In this document: positions 53,616 to 62,691 of the stretch, piece after piece
Position numbering within the stretch: position 1 is the first letter of the stretch
How the letters are laid out: each line of letters starts with the position of its first letter
Source of the DNA: a virus
UHGV virus genome: UHGV-0140522
Length of the DNA stretch: 64,000 bases
Direction: 5' to 3' (one strand)
The notes under the pieces: generated by a model
Told to the model about the DNA's origin: nothing
The model's input: the letters and a program-made list of their open reading frames with translations, nothing else
Databases searched by the model: none
Position numbers and translations under genes: made by a program

Positions 53616-55931
53616 TCAGATTTTGCACGCGCCATCGCACTCATCTTCTGGCTCAACAACCTCCGCAGCGGAAGGTTCTGACACCTGATCGTCGTCATCA
53701 CGCTTACCTGCGCCATCACGCGTGTTGTGGTAATAAAGCGTCTTCACACCTTGCTGATACGCAAACAGCAGATCCTCCAGCAGCTTCATCATTGGAACCT
53801 TGTCGCCAGGGAAGCGAGTCGGGTCGTAGTTGGTGTTCGCAGAGATGGCCTGATCGAAGAACTTCTGAATGATGGCCACCTTAGTCAGATAGCCGCGGTT
53901 ATCAGGCATATCCCACAGGTACTCGTACTGGTCTTTCAGTTGCGCGAAGTCCGGAACGACCATCTTCACGATGCCGTCTTTGGAAGACTTCACGGACACC
54001 GGGCCGCGGGGCGGCTCAATACCATTGGTGGAGTTGGTGATCTGGCTGGACGTCTCACACGGCATTTGAGCGGTCAGAGTGGAGTTACGCAGACCATGCT
54101 CACGGATACGGCCACGCAGTTCTTCCCACGGCATTTTCAGCTCGAAAGAGGTCTCCGGGTTGGTATCCAGCGTTTTGCGATAGTGGTCGACTGGCAGCTG
54201 GCCCTGTGCATATTTGGTGTGGGAGAACCAGTCACATGCACCTTTCGCTTCGGCCAGTCGGCAGCTCGCATCGAGCAGGTAGTACTGAATGGCTTCGAAG
54301 GTCTCATGTACCAACTGGTTGCCCGCAGCGTCAGAGTAGTTAAAGCCGTTCTTCGCCAGATAGTAGGCAAAGTTGGTCACGCCAATACCCAGACTACGAC
54401 GAGCTTTAGCCGGGATTTCTGCAGCAGCCATCGGGTAGTCCTGATAGTCGAGCAGAGAGTCCAGTGCCGCCACAGCGTAAAACGCCACGTCTTTCAGTGA
54501 GTCCAGCGTGCGGATCGCGCCCAGGTTGAACGCAGACAGGGTGCAAAGCGCGATTTCCCCGTTCGGATCGTCAGTGAACGCCAGTGGCTTGGTCGGTAGC
54601 GTGATCTCCATGCAGAGATTGGACTGGTGTACCGGTGCAATTTCCGGAACGAATGCGCCGTGATCGTTCATGTGGTCGACGTTGGCAATGTAAACACGAC
54701 CAGTGGAGGCACGCTCCTGCATCAGCGTAGAGAACAGGTCGACGGCCGGGATAGATTTCTTACGGATGCTCTCGTCGGCCTCGTACTTCAGGTACAGCTC
54801 TTCGAACTTGTCCTGATCAACAAAGAACGCGTCGTACAGTCCCGGCACATCGTGTGGGCTGAACAGCGTAATGTTTTCGTTGCGCACCAGGCGGCGATAC
54901 ATCAGACGGTTAATCATCACGCCATAGTCGAGATGACGAACGCGGTTCTCTTCAATGCCACGGTTGTTTTTCAGCACCAGCAGACTTTCAACTTCCAGAT
55001 GCCAGATCGGATAGAACGCTGTAGCAGCGCCGCCGCGAACACCGCCCTGAGAGCAGGATTTCACCGCCGTCTGGAAGTGCTTTAGGAATGGAATAACACC
55101 TGTGTGGGTGGCCTCGCCATTGCGGATCTCACTTCCCAGCGCACGCAGACGCCCAAAGCCAATACCAATGCCCGCGCGACGTGACACGTAGTCAATGATT
55201 GCGGAAGACGCAGCGCTAATCCCTTTCAGACTATCAGCAGCTTCAATCAGCACGCAGCTGGAGAACTGGCGAGTAGGGGTGCGCACGCCGGCCATAATTG
55301 GCGTTGGCAGAGACAGCTTGAATGTACTGGTCACATCGTAGAAGCCTTTAACCATCTCCAGACGCGTCTTACCGGCGTAGCCATCTTCCCAATTCTGGAA
55401 CAGGCACATGCCGACCAGCATGTAGAGTTGCTGTGGCCCTTCGTAGATAGCGCCAGTTACACGGTTTTGAACGAGATACTTGCTCGCCAGCTGCACGGTT
55501 GCGGCATAGCCGAAGTATTCGTCGCGCTTAGGCTTGATGTACACGCCCAGCTCGGCAATTTCTTCCTGAGAGTAGTACTTGAGAAGGTCTTCATCGTAAA
55601 CGCCACGGCTGACGTTGCTGACGATGTGATTGTAGAAATTCGGGTAGTCATACTGCCCGAAGGCGTCCTTGCGGATCTTGAACAGGCTCAGTCGCGCGGC
55701 AACCTGCGAGTAGTTCGGGGTTTCCGGAGAGATCAGATCGGCAGCGGACTTCACCAGCGCTTCATGCAGCTGGCAGGTGGTCATTCCGTCGAAAATGCTG
55801 GCAGCGGCGCCCATAGCGACAGCAGACGCGCTAACGTTGCGAATGTTTTCGACTCCCCACATCACAACGCGGTTGTATTTTTCCTCTGACAACGGCTCTG
55901 TGGAACCGTTACGTTTTACGATGCTTATCAT
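53616..55931 (-). CDS. nrdA: ribonucleotide reductase class Ia alpha subunit
   Basis: ATP-cone N-terminus (VKRNGSTEPL) and long blocks matching E. coli NrdA through the C-terminal ...GACKI. Confidence 0.9.
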   Translation of the reverse strand: MISIVKRNGSTEPLSEEKYNRVVMWGVENIRNVSASAVAMGAAASIFDGMTTCQLHEALVKSAADLISPETPNYSQVAARLSLFKIRKDAFGQYDYPNFYNHIVSNVSRGVYDEDLLKYYSQEEIAELGVYIKPKRDEYFGYAATVQLASKYLVQNRVTGAIYEGPQQLYMLVGMCLFQNWEDGYAGKTRLEMVKGFYDVTSTFKLSLPTPIMAGVRTPTRQFSSCVLIEAADSLKGISAASSAIIDYVSRRAGIGIGFGRLRALGSEIRNGEATHTGVIPFLKHFQTAVKSCSQGGVRGGAATAFYPIWHLEVESLLVLKNNRGIEENRVRHLDYGVMINRLMYRRLVRNENITLFSPHDVPGLYDAFFVDQDKFEELYLKYEADESIRKKSIPAVDLFSTLMQERASTGRVYIANVDHMNDHGAFVPEIAPVHQSNLCMEITLPTKPLAFTDDPNGEIALCTLSAFNLGAIRTLDSLKDVAFYAVAALDSLLDYQDYPMAAAEIPAKARRSLGIGVTNFAYYLAKNGFNYSDAAGNQLVHETFEAIQYYLLDASCRLAEAKGACDWFSHTKYAQGQLPVDHYRKTLDTNPETSFELKMPWEELRGRIREHGLRNSTLTAQMPCETSSQITNSTNGIEPPRGPVSVKSSKDGIVKMVVPDFAQLKDQYEYLWDMPDNRGYLTKVAIIQKFFDQAISANTNYDPTRFPGDKVPMMKLLEDLLFAYQQGVKTLYYHNTRDGAGKRDDDDQVSEPSAAEVVEPEDECDGACKI

Positions 55932-55939
55932 GTATCACC

Positions 55940-55970
55940 CAATAAAAAAGGCCACTAAATATAGTGGCCT
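55940..55970 (-). terminator. rho-independent terminator 10 nt upstream of the nrdA start
   Basis: Minus-strand GGCCACTATATTTAGTGGCC plus TTTTTTATT. Confidence 0.6.
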
Positions 55971-55976
55971 CATGTT

Positions 55977-56006
55977 AATAGATAAGCACTTACCTATCAA
56001 TTACCG
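55977..56006. promoter_or_regulatory. AT-rich palindrome family member; possible TTGATA-N17-TAACAT promoter on the minus strand
   Basis: taatAGATAAGCACTTACCTATCaattacc. Confidence 0.4.
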
Positions 56007-56008
56007 AC

Positions 56009-56614
56009 TTATAAAATTCCCGCAAGAACATCGCGAACCTGACGGAATTGATCAGTTTGCATACCTGTGTAAATCGACGCGACAGCGTCCGCAAGGTGCT
56101 CGTTTTTATTCACCAGCACTTCCTTACCAGATTGCTTCCGGCGCAACCACGGGGCGTTTGGCTGCTTCTGCGTAGCCCACTGAATGATCTCTTCCTTCGA
56201 CGTGGTCAGCTTATTCCCAACATAGTGCTTAATCTCGTTTGGCGTGACCTGTATCAGTGGCTTATCCACGCACGCCAGTACGCCAATGCAGATGCCGTAT
56301 GAGGTTTGTGCGCGACTGGACTGGCTACCAACCGGCAACTCGCAAAACACCATATGAGCCTGCTCGATTATGGGCTTGGCGGTACGCCAGATTTCGTTAG
56401 CGCGGCGCAGATCGTCGCTGTTTACGCGAACCGTCTTCTTGTTGCCACCAGCTTTGGTTTCCACCAATGTCAGGCCATGAATGTCCAGCTTATCCGTTTC
56501 CAGATCCAGCGTGCCAATCGCCAGGCCAAAGTTGCTCATTGAAGGGTCGACGCCGACCACACGAATGGTTTTACTCATTTTTGGTCTCCTTACCACGTAG
56601 CCCAGGTTGGGCAT
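56009..56614 (-). CDS. RuvC/YqgF-like Holliday junction resolvase (putative)
   Basis: IRVVGVDPSMSNFGLAIG resembles the RuvC-fold motif I. Confidence 0.45.
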   Translation of the reverse strand: MPNLGYVVRRPKMSKTIRVVGVDPSMSNFGLAIGTLDLETDKLDIHGLTLVETKAGGNKKTVRVNSDDLRRANEIWRTAKPIIEQAHMVFCELPVGSQSSRAQTSYGICIGVLACVDKPLIQVTPNEIKHYVGNKLTTSKEEIIQWATQKQPNAPWLRRKQSGKEVLVNKNEHLADAVASIYTGMQTDQFRQVRDVLAGIL

Positions 56615-57336
56615 TCCATTAGTTTCTGTTCAAGTGTCTTCTCCGGCTCGCGAGTTGGCGGCTTCGGAATGTCGCTAACAACATGAATGCTATCGTTGGT
56701 TAGAACGCCTGCCGCAATATCTGCATCAATCATGCTCTGGCCGATGAAATGTCGCATGATGTCGATCAGATGGCGTGCAGCCGTTTCATTCGCGCTGAAT
56801 ACATGGGGGAGAAGAACTTCAATAACCGCTACTTCACATCCCTCCTCGTAAAAGCAAAGTTTCGCCCGCTTTGAGATTGGCGCGTGCCGATCATAGTCAA
56901 CAGAGAAGCTGGCGAAGGCAGCACCCGGCATTGCAACGTGATCTGCGCGTGCGTTAGCGTGTCGAATCAGATTAGTGAATGCGGTGCTGATGTGCGTCTC
57001 CATCGCATTGAAGAGCGCATTTTCTTGGATGTTCAGCGTTCCGGTTTCAGGAATCACAACGAACCCCGGCCCAGAATGTGGGAGATATCCACCTTCCGTA
57101 AATGGATTAATAAGGATCGGCGCAGTGCTTCCTGACGGCAGCATAGACAAACTCGGCATCAACGGAGTCGATGACAACAGACTGGTTAATACCGAGAACT
57201 GGTCGTCATTGATGTTTTCGTTTTTCCACAAAAGTGCAGGCGCAGCTGCTTTTGCCGTATGGTGGTTTATCAGCTTTATAGACTGCATCACGGCAAACAT
57301 CTGCAAAAACTGCGTTCGGCTCAAGTTAAACGACAT
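56590..57336 (-). CDS. hypothetical protein (248 aa)
   Basis: Between the SbcC-like and RuvC-like genes. Confidence 0.4.
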   Translation of the reverse strand: MSFNLSRTQFLQMFAVMQSIKLINHHTAKAAAPALLWKNENINDDQFSVLTSLLSSTPLMPSLSMLPSGSTAPILINPFTEGGYLPHSGPGFVVIPETGTLNIQENALFNAMETHISTAFTNLIRHANARADHVAMPGAAFASFSVDYDRHAPISKRAKLCFYEEGCEVAVIEVLLPHVFSANETAARHLIDIMRHFIGQSMIDADIAAGVLTNDSIHVVSDIPKPPTREPEKTLEQKLMECPTWATW

Positions 57337-59242
57337 AGCTGCGACCCTCTTTGACTTCGACTGTGATGGTTTCCCGGAACCACGATTTCATCTCTTTGTG
57401 GGAAATGATCATCACTGTGCCGCGTTCACGCGCTTTGGCTTCCAGAATCCCCATGAGACGCTCCAGACCGGCAGTGTCGAGCGCGTCGTCAATTTCATCC
57501 CCGATAAACAGCTCGATATTCTTACTGGCGCGACTGGCAACCAGATCCTGCAAAGCAAGAGAGCACGCAATGCGTACCTTACGCTTCTCGCCACCAGACA
57601 ACGTCTGGAAGGATTTGCTGGAGCCTGTTTTGGTTACGCTGATATTGAATTTGTCGCGATACTCGCCTTTCTTTGTTGTCTCCATTGTCGACCATTCGGC
57701 AACGATATTGCCGTCCGACAGCGTGTTGAGATACTCCGCAGTCCTGATGTTCAGGAAAGGCGTAACAGAAGTCAGGATGTGTGAACGCACGCCAGCTGGG
57801 GAGTAAACCTGGCGAGCTTTCTCCAGCAACAGAGCCTGTTCCTGAATGCTTTTTAACTCTTTTTTAAGTACTGCATGATTAGATTTATTGGCAGCCAGGT
57901 TGTCTTCATGGCGCTTAATGACAGCCAGAAATGGGTTTACCTCTGCCATGATGCGATTCACGTCAGTACGCGCCCGCGCCACCATCGCTTCGACGGCCAC
58001 AACTTCACGTTCTCGATGACGCAGCGCACTTAGCTCATTGGTCAGGCGTTCGATTCTGGCGATGATTTCTGAGACGTCGGGTGTGGCTGCGACCAGTGCA
58101 GACTCGATGCCGAGCGCTTTCTCAAGACGAGCTTTGTGTTGAGCCACTGCCGCTGCTGATGCCTGCGCCTGGCCGATCTCATTACGCGCTTGTTCAATGA
58201 AACTCTCCTTCACGGTGGACAAATCTTCTTCGCAGTAGGGCTTTCCGCACGTAACACAAGGCGCCCCGACCTTTGTGCTGACCTCTTCTGCTTTGGTTTT
58301 AAACGAACGAGCACGGTTCATGGACTCGTTCTGTGCCGCTTCTGAAGTGCGGATGCTTGAGCGGATCTCCGTAATCGCACCGCGCACCTTCAGCAGTTTG
58401 GCGTCATGCTCTTCTTTGGAGGCCAGCTTGCTGCGTTCGCCAGCAATCGCGTTTTCCGTATCCCGGATCTGTTCCGGCAGCGAGCGAATTTCCATCACGA
58501 CTTCAGACAGTGTTACCTCCGCGCCAGCCAAATCGAATCGAGCCTTGTCCAGACGTTCGCCGCGATCGCGCTCCCAGCTATCAGAGGACGCTTTGGCCGC
58601 CTCAATCTCTGACTGTGCGGTCTCGATAAGCGTGAGACAGGCGTCCATTTTGGATTTGGTAACATCCATACGTGCGGCAGCTGCGTTGGCTCGCTCGCGA
58701 GCAATTGCATAGGCTCGCGTTAACCGGTCGACGCCAGCGGCTTCTTCAACGATGGTTTTGAGGTTCTTGTCGGACATACCCGGCAGATCTGGCATTGCTT
58801 CCTGACTGGCGTAGATGGACGCCATGAACACCTCTTTCGATGCACCAATCAGGCGTTCAACGAACTCCTGCGTCAGTGTGTCTTTGCCTTTGGTCATATC
58901 ACCGTCTTCGCCACGGACGATCAGCCGGTTCTTGAACTCTTTGTGTTTGCGGTGGCGAATGATGGCGTAACGCTTTCCTTCATCCTCAACAGTCACCATC
59001 ACGCGACAGTTTTTCTCGTGGCCTGTAGACAACACGTCGTCACCTTTAACGCCATGCGCAGTTTCGCCATACAGACACCACATCAGGCTGTTCATCAAAG
59101 TCGATTTGCCCGCGCCATTGCTGGCAGCAGAGGAGTCGCCACTGTTAACACCCTGAATGAGCACCAGACCGCGTTGGTCTAACTCAACTTCGGCGCTGGC
59201 TAACGCCATGAAGTTCTCAACCTGGAGCTTTAGAAATTTCAT
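57326..59242 (-). CDS. sbcC: SbcC/Rad50-like ATPase (T4 gp46-like recombination nuclease subunit)
   Basis: N-terminal Walker A GVNSGDSSAASNGAGKST, long coiled-coil middle with CxxC zinc hook (CVTCGKPYC), C-terminal signature and Walker B. Confidence 0.75.
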   Translation of the reverse strand: MKFLKLQVENFMALASAEVELDQRGLVLIQGVNSGDSSAASNGAGKSTLMNSLMWCLYGETAHGVKGDDVLSTGHEKNCRVMVTVEDEGKRYAIIRHRKHKEFKNRLIVRGEDGDMTKGKDTLTQEFVERLIGASKEVFMASIYASQEAMPDLPGMSDKNLKTIVEEAAGVDRLTRAYAIARERANAAAARMDVTKSKMDACLTLIETAQSEIEAAKASSDSWERDRGERLDKARFDLAGAEVTLSEVVMEIRSLPEQIRDTENAIAGERSKLASKEEHDAKLLKVRGAITEIRSSIRTSEAAQNESMNRARSFKTKAEEVSTKVGAPCVTCGKPYCEEDLSTVKESFIEQARNEIGQAQASAAAVAQHKARLEKALGIESALVAATPDVSEIIARIERLTNELSALRHREREVVAVEAMVARARTDVNRIMAEVNPFLAVIKRHEDNLAANKSNHAVLKKELKSIQEQALLLEKARQVYSPAGVRSHILTSVTPFLNIRTAEYLNTLSDGNIVAEWSTMETTKKGEYRDKFNISVTKTGSSKSFQTLSGGEKRKVRIACSLALQDLVASRASKNIELFIGDEIDDALDTAGLERLMGILEAKARERGTVMIISHKEMKSWFRETITVEVKEGRSYVV

Positions 59243-59471
59243 ACAATGCCTCTAACTTTTTGATTCAAATGCTGGCCTTTTCGCAGTTGAAACTCCGTGT
59301 GGGCTGGGAAAGATCTGCGTTTCAGTACGCCTTGTTTGCTCAGTCTTCCCAGATAAAACGCCACAGGGTTTCCGTCAGGTGGGTAGGGCTTGTGGAACAT
59401 CACCGTCTGGCCTCGTTCAAGTCTTTTCATCGTGGAGATGAAGTCCCGAAAGCTCCCAGAATGGCTCGTAC

Positions 59472-60557
59472 TCACACTGCCTCCGCACTCTCCGCTTCGG
59501 TCAGGATCTCCTGACACAGCATGTCCAGCTTGCTCAGGTCGAAGCCGCCGTCAGTGTCGTGAACGATCTTGCAGTACGCCGCGACGGACTCGCCCAGGCT
59601 GTCTATTTTGCTGGTCTCCGCAGTACTGGCAGTGCCTTCCATCATCGATGCCTTGCGGATGAAGTTGCAGACGACACCCTTAGCGCCCATTGTTTTCAGG
59701 ACGTTCTGGAGTTTGATGCCTTCTTCATCGCTCTCAACAACGGCACGAAAGCGCACGTAGTTACCGCGAATTTGGTCGTCTTCCACATCGTCCTCAAGGT
59801 TGACGAACTTGGGTGCGGAGGTTTCGTGGTGGGTGAATGTGCCGTCAGGGTTGACGATCATGAAGCCAGCCAGAGAGCCAACATCGCCCCAATTCTGGTG
59901 CGTCAGCGCCCCGATGCTAACCACTCCAGGCAGCACTTCTTTGTGGTTGTGGTAGTGTCCGGACAGCAACAAACGGAAGCCGATATCTTTCAGTTCCTGT
60001 GCGTCGATGCCGACATCAGGCATGGTGGGGATCGCTTTGTTGATCGAGGTATGCACAACGACATCGTGGTTGTCGCCATCCAGCCCGGAACGCAGTGTTT
60101 TGAGGTCGCTGATAAGCTCTGCGTGGTTATTGCGCCAGCTAATCAGGTGGACGGTAACGTCGCCCATTTTGATGGAGTGAGAGCGTTTGCCGCAGACGAT
60201 TTCCACACCGATTGAGCGCAGAGAGGCCGCTGCATTGGCGCTGTATACGGAATCGTTGGTTTCGAGGTCGTGGTTGCCGGCCAGCATGACCACTTCGAGG
60301 CCCAACTCTTTGATGATCCACTCGTAAGTTTCGGTCACGAAATGCAGGACGGAAGGCGATATAGCACCACGAACATGGAAAGTATCACCAGCCACCAGCA
60401 TGTGCTTGCAGCCCGCAGCTTTCATGGCTTTGGCAGCTTCTTTCGTGGCGTCCAGTTGGATCTCCAGTCGAGAGTTCAGCCCGTCAGCGTTTGTTGTCGC
60501 AAAAGCATCCCAACGATGATAATGGGGATCTGATATCACCCCGTATGGCAATGTCAT
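59472..60557 (-). CDS. sbcD: SbcD/Mre11-like nuclease (T4 gp47-like)
   Basis: Calcineurin-like phosphoesterase motifs (SDPHYH, AGDTFH, GNHD, SGHYH). Confidence 0.75.
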   Translation of the reverse strand: MTLPYGVISDPHYHRWDAFATTNADGLNSRLEIQLDATKEAAKAMKAAGCKHMLVAGDTFHVRGAISPSVLHFVTETYEWIIKELGLEVVMLAGNHDLETNDSVYSANAAASLRSIGVEIVCGKRSHSIKMGDVTVHLISWRNNHAELISDLKTLRSGLDGDNHDVVVHTSINKAIPTMPDVGIDAQELKDIGFRLLLSGHYHNHKEVLPGVVSIGALTHQNWGDVGSLAGFMIVNPDGTFTHHETSAPKFVNLEDDVEDDQIRGNYVRFRAVVESDEEGIKLQNVLKTMGAKGVVCNFIRKASMMEGTASTAETSKIDSLGESVAAYCKIVHDTDGGFDLSKLDMLCQEILTEAESAEAV

Positions 60558-60669
60558 GTGTCTTTTCCTTTGTGGTTATTTTGATACAGATGTTAAGCGT
60601 GTTTGAGAGGCGAACAACCCAGACAACACGGCACAGAAGAAAATCTACAGGCACATGATTATGACAAGA

Positions 60670-60696
60670 TATATAAGTAAATACCTACTTATTTTT
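60670..60696. promoter_or_regulatory. degenerate AT-rich palindrome family member
   Basis: atatAAGTAAATACCTACTTATTTTTA upstream of the sbcD start. Confidence 0.3.
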
Positions 60697-60732
60697 ATGG
60701 TGGTGACAATATCTCAACCGTATGGGGGCTTA

Positions 60733-61227
60733 TTACTTCGGATCGCGAAACAGCATCTGCGTGCCTTTGGGGGACGTGTCAAAAAGGAGAAAACCTCTGC
60801 GTTTTAGCATGTCGGCCATTTGCGAGGATTTGACATAGCACTTCGCCATCATCGGCTGGATCGGGTTTGAATCGATCATGTCGGACACCAGCATTGACCC
60901 ATAGCCTTTCCCGCGTAGCTCTTTGACGATACTGACGGCACGGAGTTCAAGTCGTGGCGCACCGGTTGGATCGAGTGCGGCACAGAGCCAGATTAGCCCT
61001 GCTTTTTTGTCATCAGAACGGCGCAGCAGGATGTAGATATAATGCCCGGAGTATTGGCCCTGCTCGTTCGTCTTGATGGCTAGCCTGGTCTGCTTCTCAA
61101 AGGTTTTACCCCCCTTTGATGTGAGGATCTCTTCGTAGAAGTGACCCTTGCGTGCGCCGTCTTCGAACTCACCCATGATAAATGGCATGTCTGCCACAGT
61201 TGCTGCCCTTGAATAAAATTCACTCAT
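60733..61227 (-). CDS. GNAT-family N-acetyltransferase
   Basis: ELRGKGYGSMLVSDMI (Q/RxxGxG/A CoA-binding motif); 164 aa. Confidence 0.6.
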   Translation of the reverse strand: MSEFYSRAATVADMPFIMGEFEDGARKGHFYEEILTSKGGKTFEKQTRLAIKTNEQGQYSGHYIYILLRRSDDKKAGLIWLCAALDPTGAPRLELRAVSIVKELRGKGYGSMLVSDMIDSNPIQPMMAKCYVKSSQMADMLKRRGFLLFDTSPKGTQMLFRDPK

Positions 61228-61302
61228 GTATTAATCCCTAAAGCTCTCAGTGTCTTTCTAAGACACCATATTTTATGCCCCGGTAAAACCATGAGTTTAC
61301 GT

Positions 61303-61947
61303 TTAAAACGTCTCAGGGGGCTTCTGACGCGCTACGCTGATGTCGATTACCCCAGCTTTTGGGCGAGGGTCGACAAGATTCAACTCTTCAGCGCTGTGAT
61401 ACTCCGTATCGAACTCCCGATCGACATGGCGAATGTAGATGGCCGTGAGAAGGCTGTCGTCGTTCAGGAAGTGTCCGTAGGATTTGCGGATCACTTCGCC
61501 AACCTTCTCGATCTTCTCCCCACCCATGCAAAGATGGTTAAACCGGCTATGTTTCCGCAGCATCTCATCCACCGGGCCGGAGTAGACCTTATCGACTCTC
61601 CCGAACCGGATGATATTTCCAGTATCAGCCTCAACCAGACAAACGAGCTTGCCAGGTTCGACCCGGTCTCGCCATGTTACACCAGAGCGCAGTGTGTTGA
61701 AGTAGGGAGCGTCTAATCCGATGATCGGTTTACGAAATGCCAGCAGTGGCACGTAACGTATGCAACTGTTCAGGTGGAAGTGCGCACCGGCGTCGTGGAG
61801 TTTGAGCCGGGTTTCGTTAATCGGGCACTTCGACGCAATGCCACACAGGTCGCAGAGCAACTTCTGTTTGTTCAGGCTAGTGTTCGATTCAATGGTGTAG
61901 GAGCCATCTTCAAGACGGCGAACCCAGCGCGTGCGTTTGAGATCCAT
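61303..61947 (-). CDS. hypothetical protein (214 aa) adjacent to replication origin
   Basis: No motif recognised. Confidence 0.4.
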   Translation of the reverse strand: MDLKRTRWVRRLEDGSYTIESNTSLNKQKLLCDLCGIASKCPINETRLKLHDAGAHFHLNSCIRYVPLLAFRKPIIGLDAPYFNTLRSGVTWRDRVEPGKLVCLVEADTGNIIRFGRVDKVYSGPVDEMLRKHSRFNHLCMGGEKIEKVGEVIRKSYGHFLNDDSLLTAIYIRHVDREFDTEYHSAEELNLVDPRPKAGVIDISVARQKPPETF

Positions 61948-62035
61948 AATTCTTATTCAAATAGTTTTGTCCGGGGCAACGATAACTGACAAGGCGCACC
62001 GATGTTTGCAAATGCCTGTTTTACTTATACCCATT

Positions 62036-62112
62036 ATTCACAGGACCGATCCAATAATTAGATCCCCAGAGAGATCCTACAGAAGATCAAAAGAGATCCC
62101 CGATCGTCTCCA
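62036..62112. promoter_or_regulatory. GATC-rich origin block A (6 Dam sites in ~60 bp)
   Basis: GATC at 62048, 62061, 62073, 62085, 62095, 62102; block repeated with 3 GATC at 62413-62490. Confidence 0.55.
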
Positions 62113-62142
62113 GCCGTTGCGGTTACTGGCCTGAGAGGGGGT

Positions 62143-62252
62143 TACTATCCACTATGGGGAGGAAAGTAACCTCTGTAGAGAGCATATTAACCGCTATGAA
62201 GAGCAAAACAACCTCTCTGGAGAGTGGTCGGCATCCACTGTAGTGAGTAGGA
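62143..62252 (+). repeat. iteron array 1 (5 x ~21 bp)
   Basis: ATCCACTATGGGGAGG / ACCTCTGTAGAGAGCA / ACCGCTATGAAGAGCA / ACCTCTCTGGAGAGTG / ATCCACTGTAGTGAGTAGG. Confidence 0.6.
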
Positions 62253-62412
62253 GACATTGTCTTAACTGGATAACTCAGTGCCTGTGTTTCTACGTCAGGT
62301 AGCTGATATTCATAGAGATGTTGGAAGTTTTGCGTTCAGGCGTGTTTGTTTCGACCACACATTATCCCCAGAAGGGGAGTGATGGCTGGTTATGCAATTA
62401 CCTGATTTTTAT

Positions 62413-62490
62413 ACACAGGCCCGATCCAGTAATTCAGATCCCAAAGAGAACCCAAGAGACCCACAAAGACCCAAAAAGATCCCCGCACCC
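62413..62490. promoter_or_regulatory. GATC-containing origin block B (paralogue of block A)
   Basis: ACACAGGCCCGATCCAGTAATTCAGATCCCAAAGAGA...AAAGATCCCC. Confidence 0.5.
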
Positions 62491-62528
62491 CGCAAACCGT
62501 TGTGCCGCATGGTCTTAGAGGTGATCGA

Positions 62529-62655
62529 TATCCACTATAGAGAGAAGATCAGCCACTATGAAGAGCAAACCAACCACTGTAGAGAGTAGAAAAACCACTA
62601 TAGGCGGTAGGATAACCGCTGTGATGAGTGCTACTATCCACTGTAATCAGCAAAG
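62529..62655 (+). repeat. iteron array 2 (6 x 21 bp) immediately upstream of repA
   Basis: Consensus AACCACTGTAGAGAGTAG; e.g. CCAACCACTGTAGAGAGTAGA, AAAACCACTATAGGCGGTAGG. Confidence 0.7.
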
Positions 62656-62691
62656 GCCACCAAAGCGGTCGAATAAAAAGAGACACTTGGA

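Noticed and set aside
53727-55889. Plus-strand ORFs of 257, 152 and 153 aa
   Set aside because: They are antisense to nrdA, whose minus-strand frame matches E. coli NrdA closely.
59239-59517. 92-aa minus-strand ORF between sbcC and sbcD
   Set aside because: It overlaps the sbcD 3' end by 45 nt in another frame and has an odd Gly/Ser-rich N-terminus. It may be a small coupled gene starting at an internal Met, but support is weak.
59559-60215. 218-aa plus-strand ORF
   Set aside because: It is antisense to sbcD.
62318-62589. Small ORFs of 66 and 65 aa inside the origin
   Set aside because: They lie across the GATC block and iterons and lack an RBS; they are likely non-coding.
62143-62655. Regularly spaced ~21-bp repeats, considered as a possible CRISPR array
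   Set aside because: The repeats are contiguous with no spacers, flank a repA gene, and no cas genes are present; they are replication iterons.
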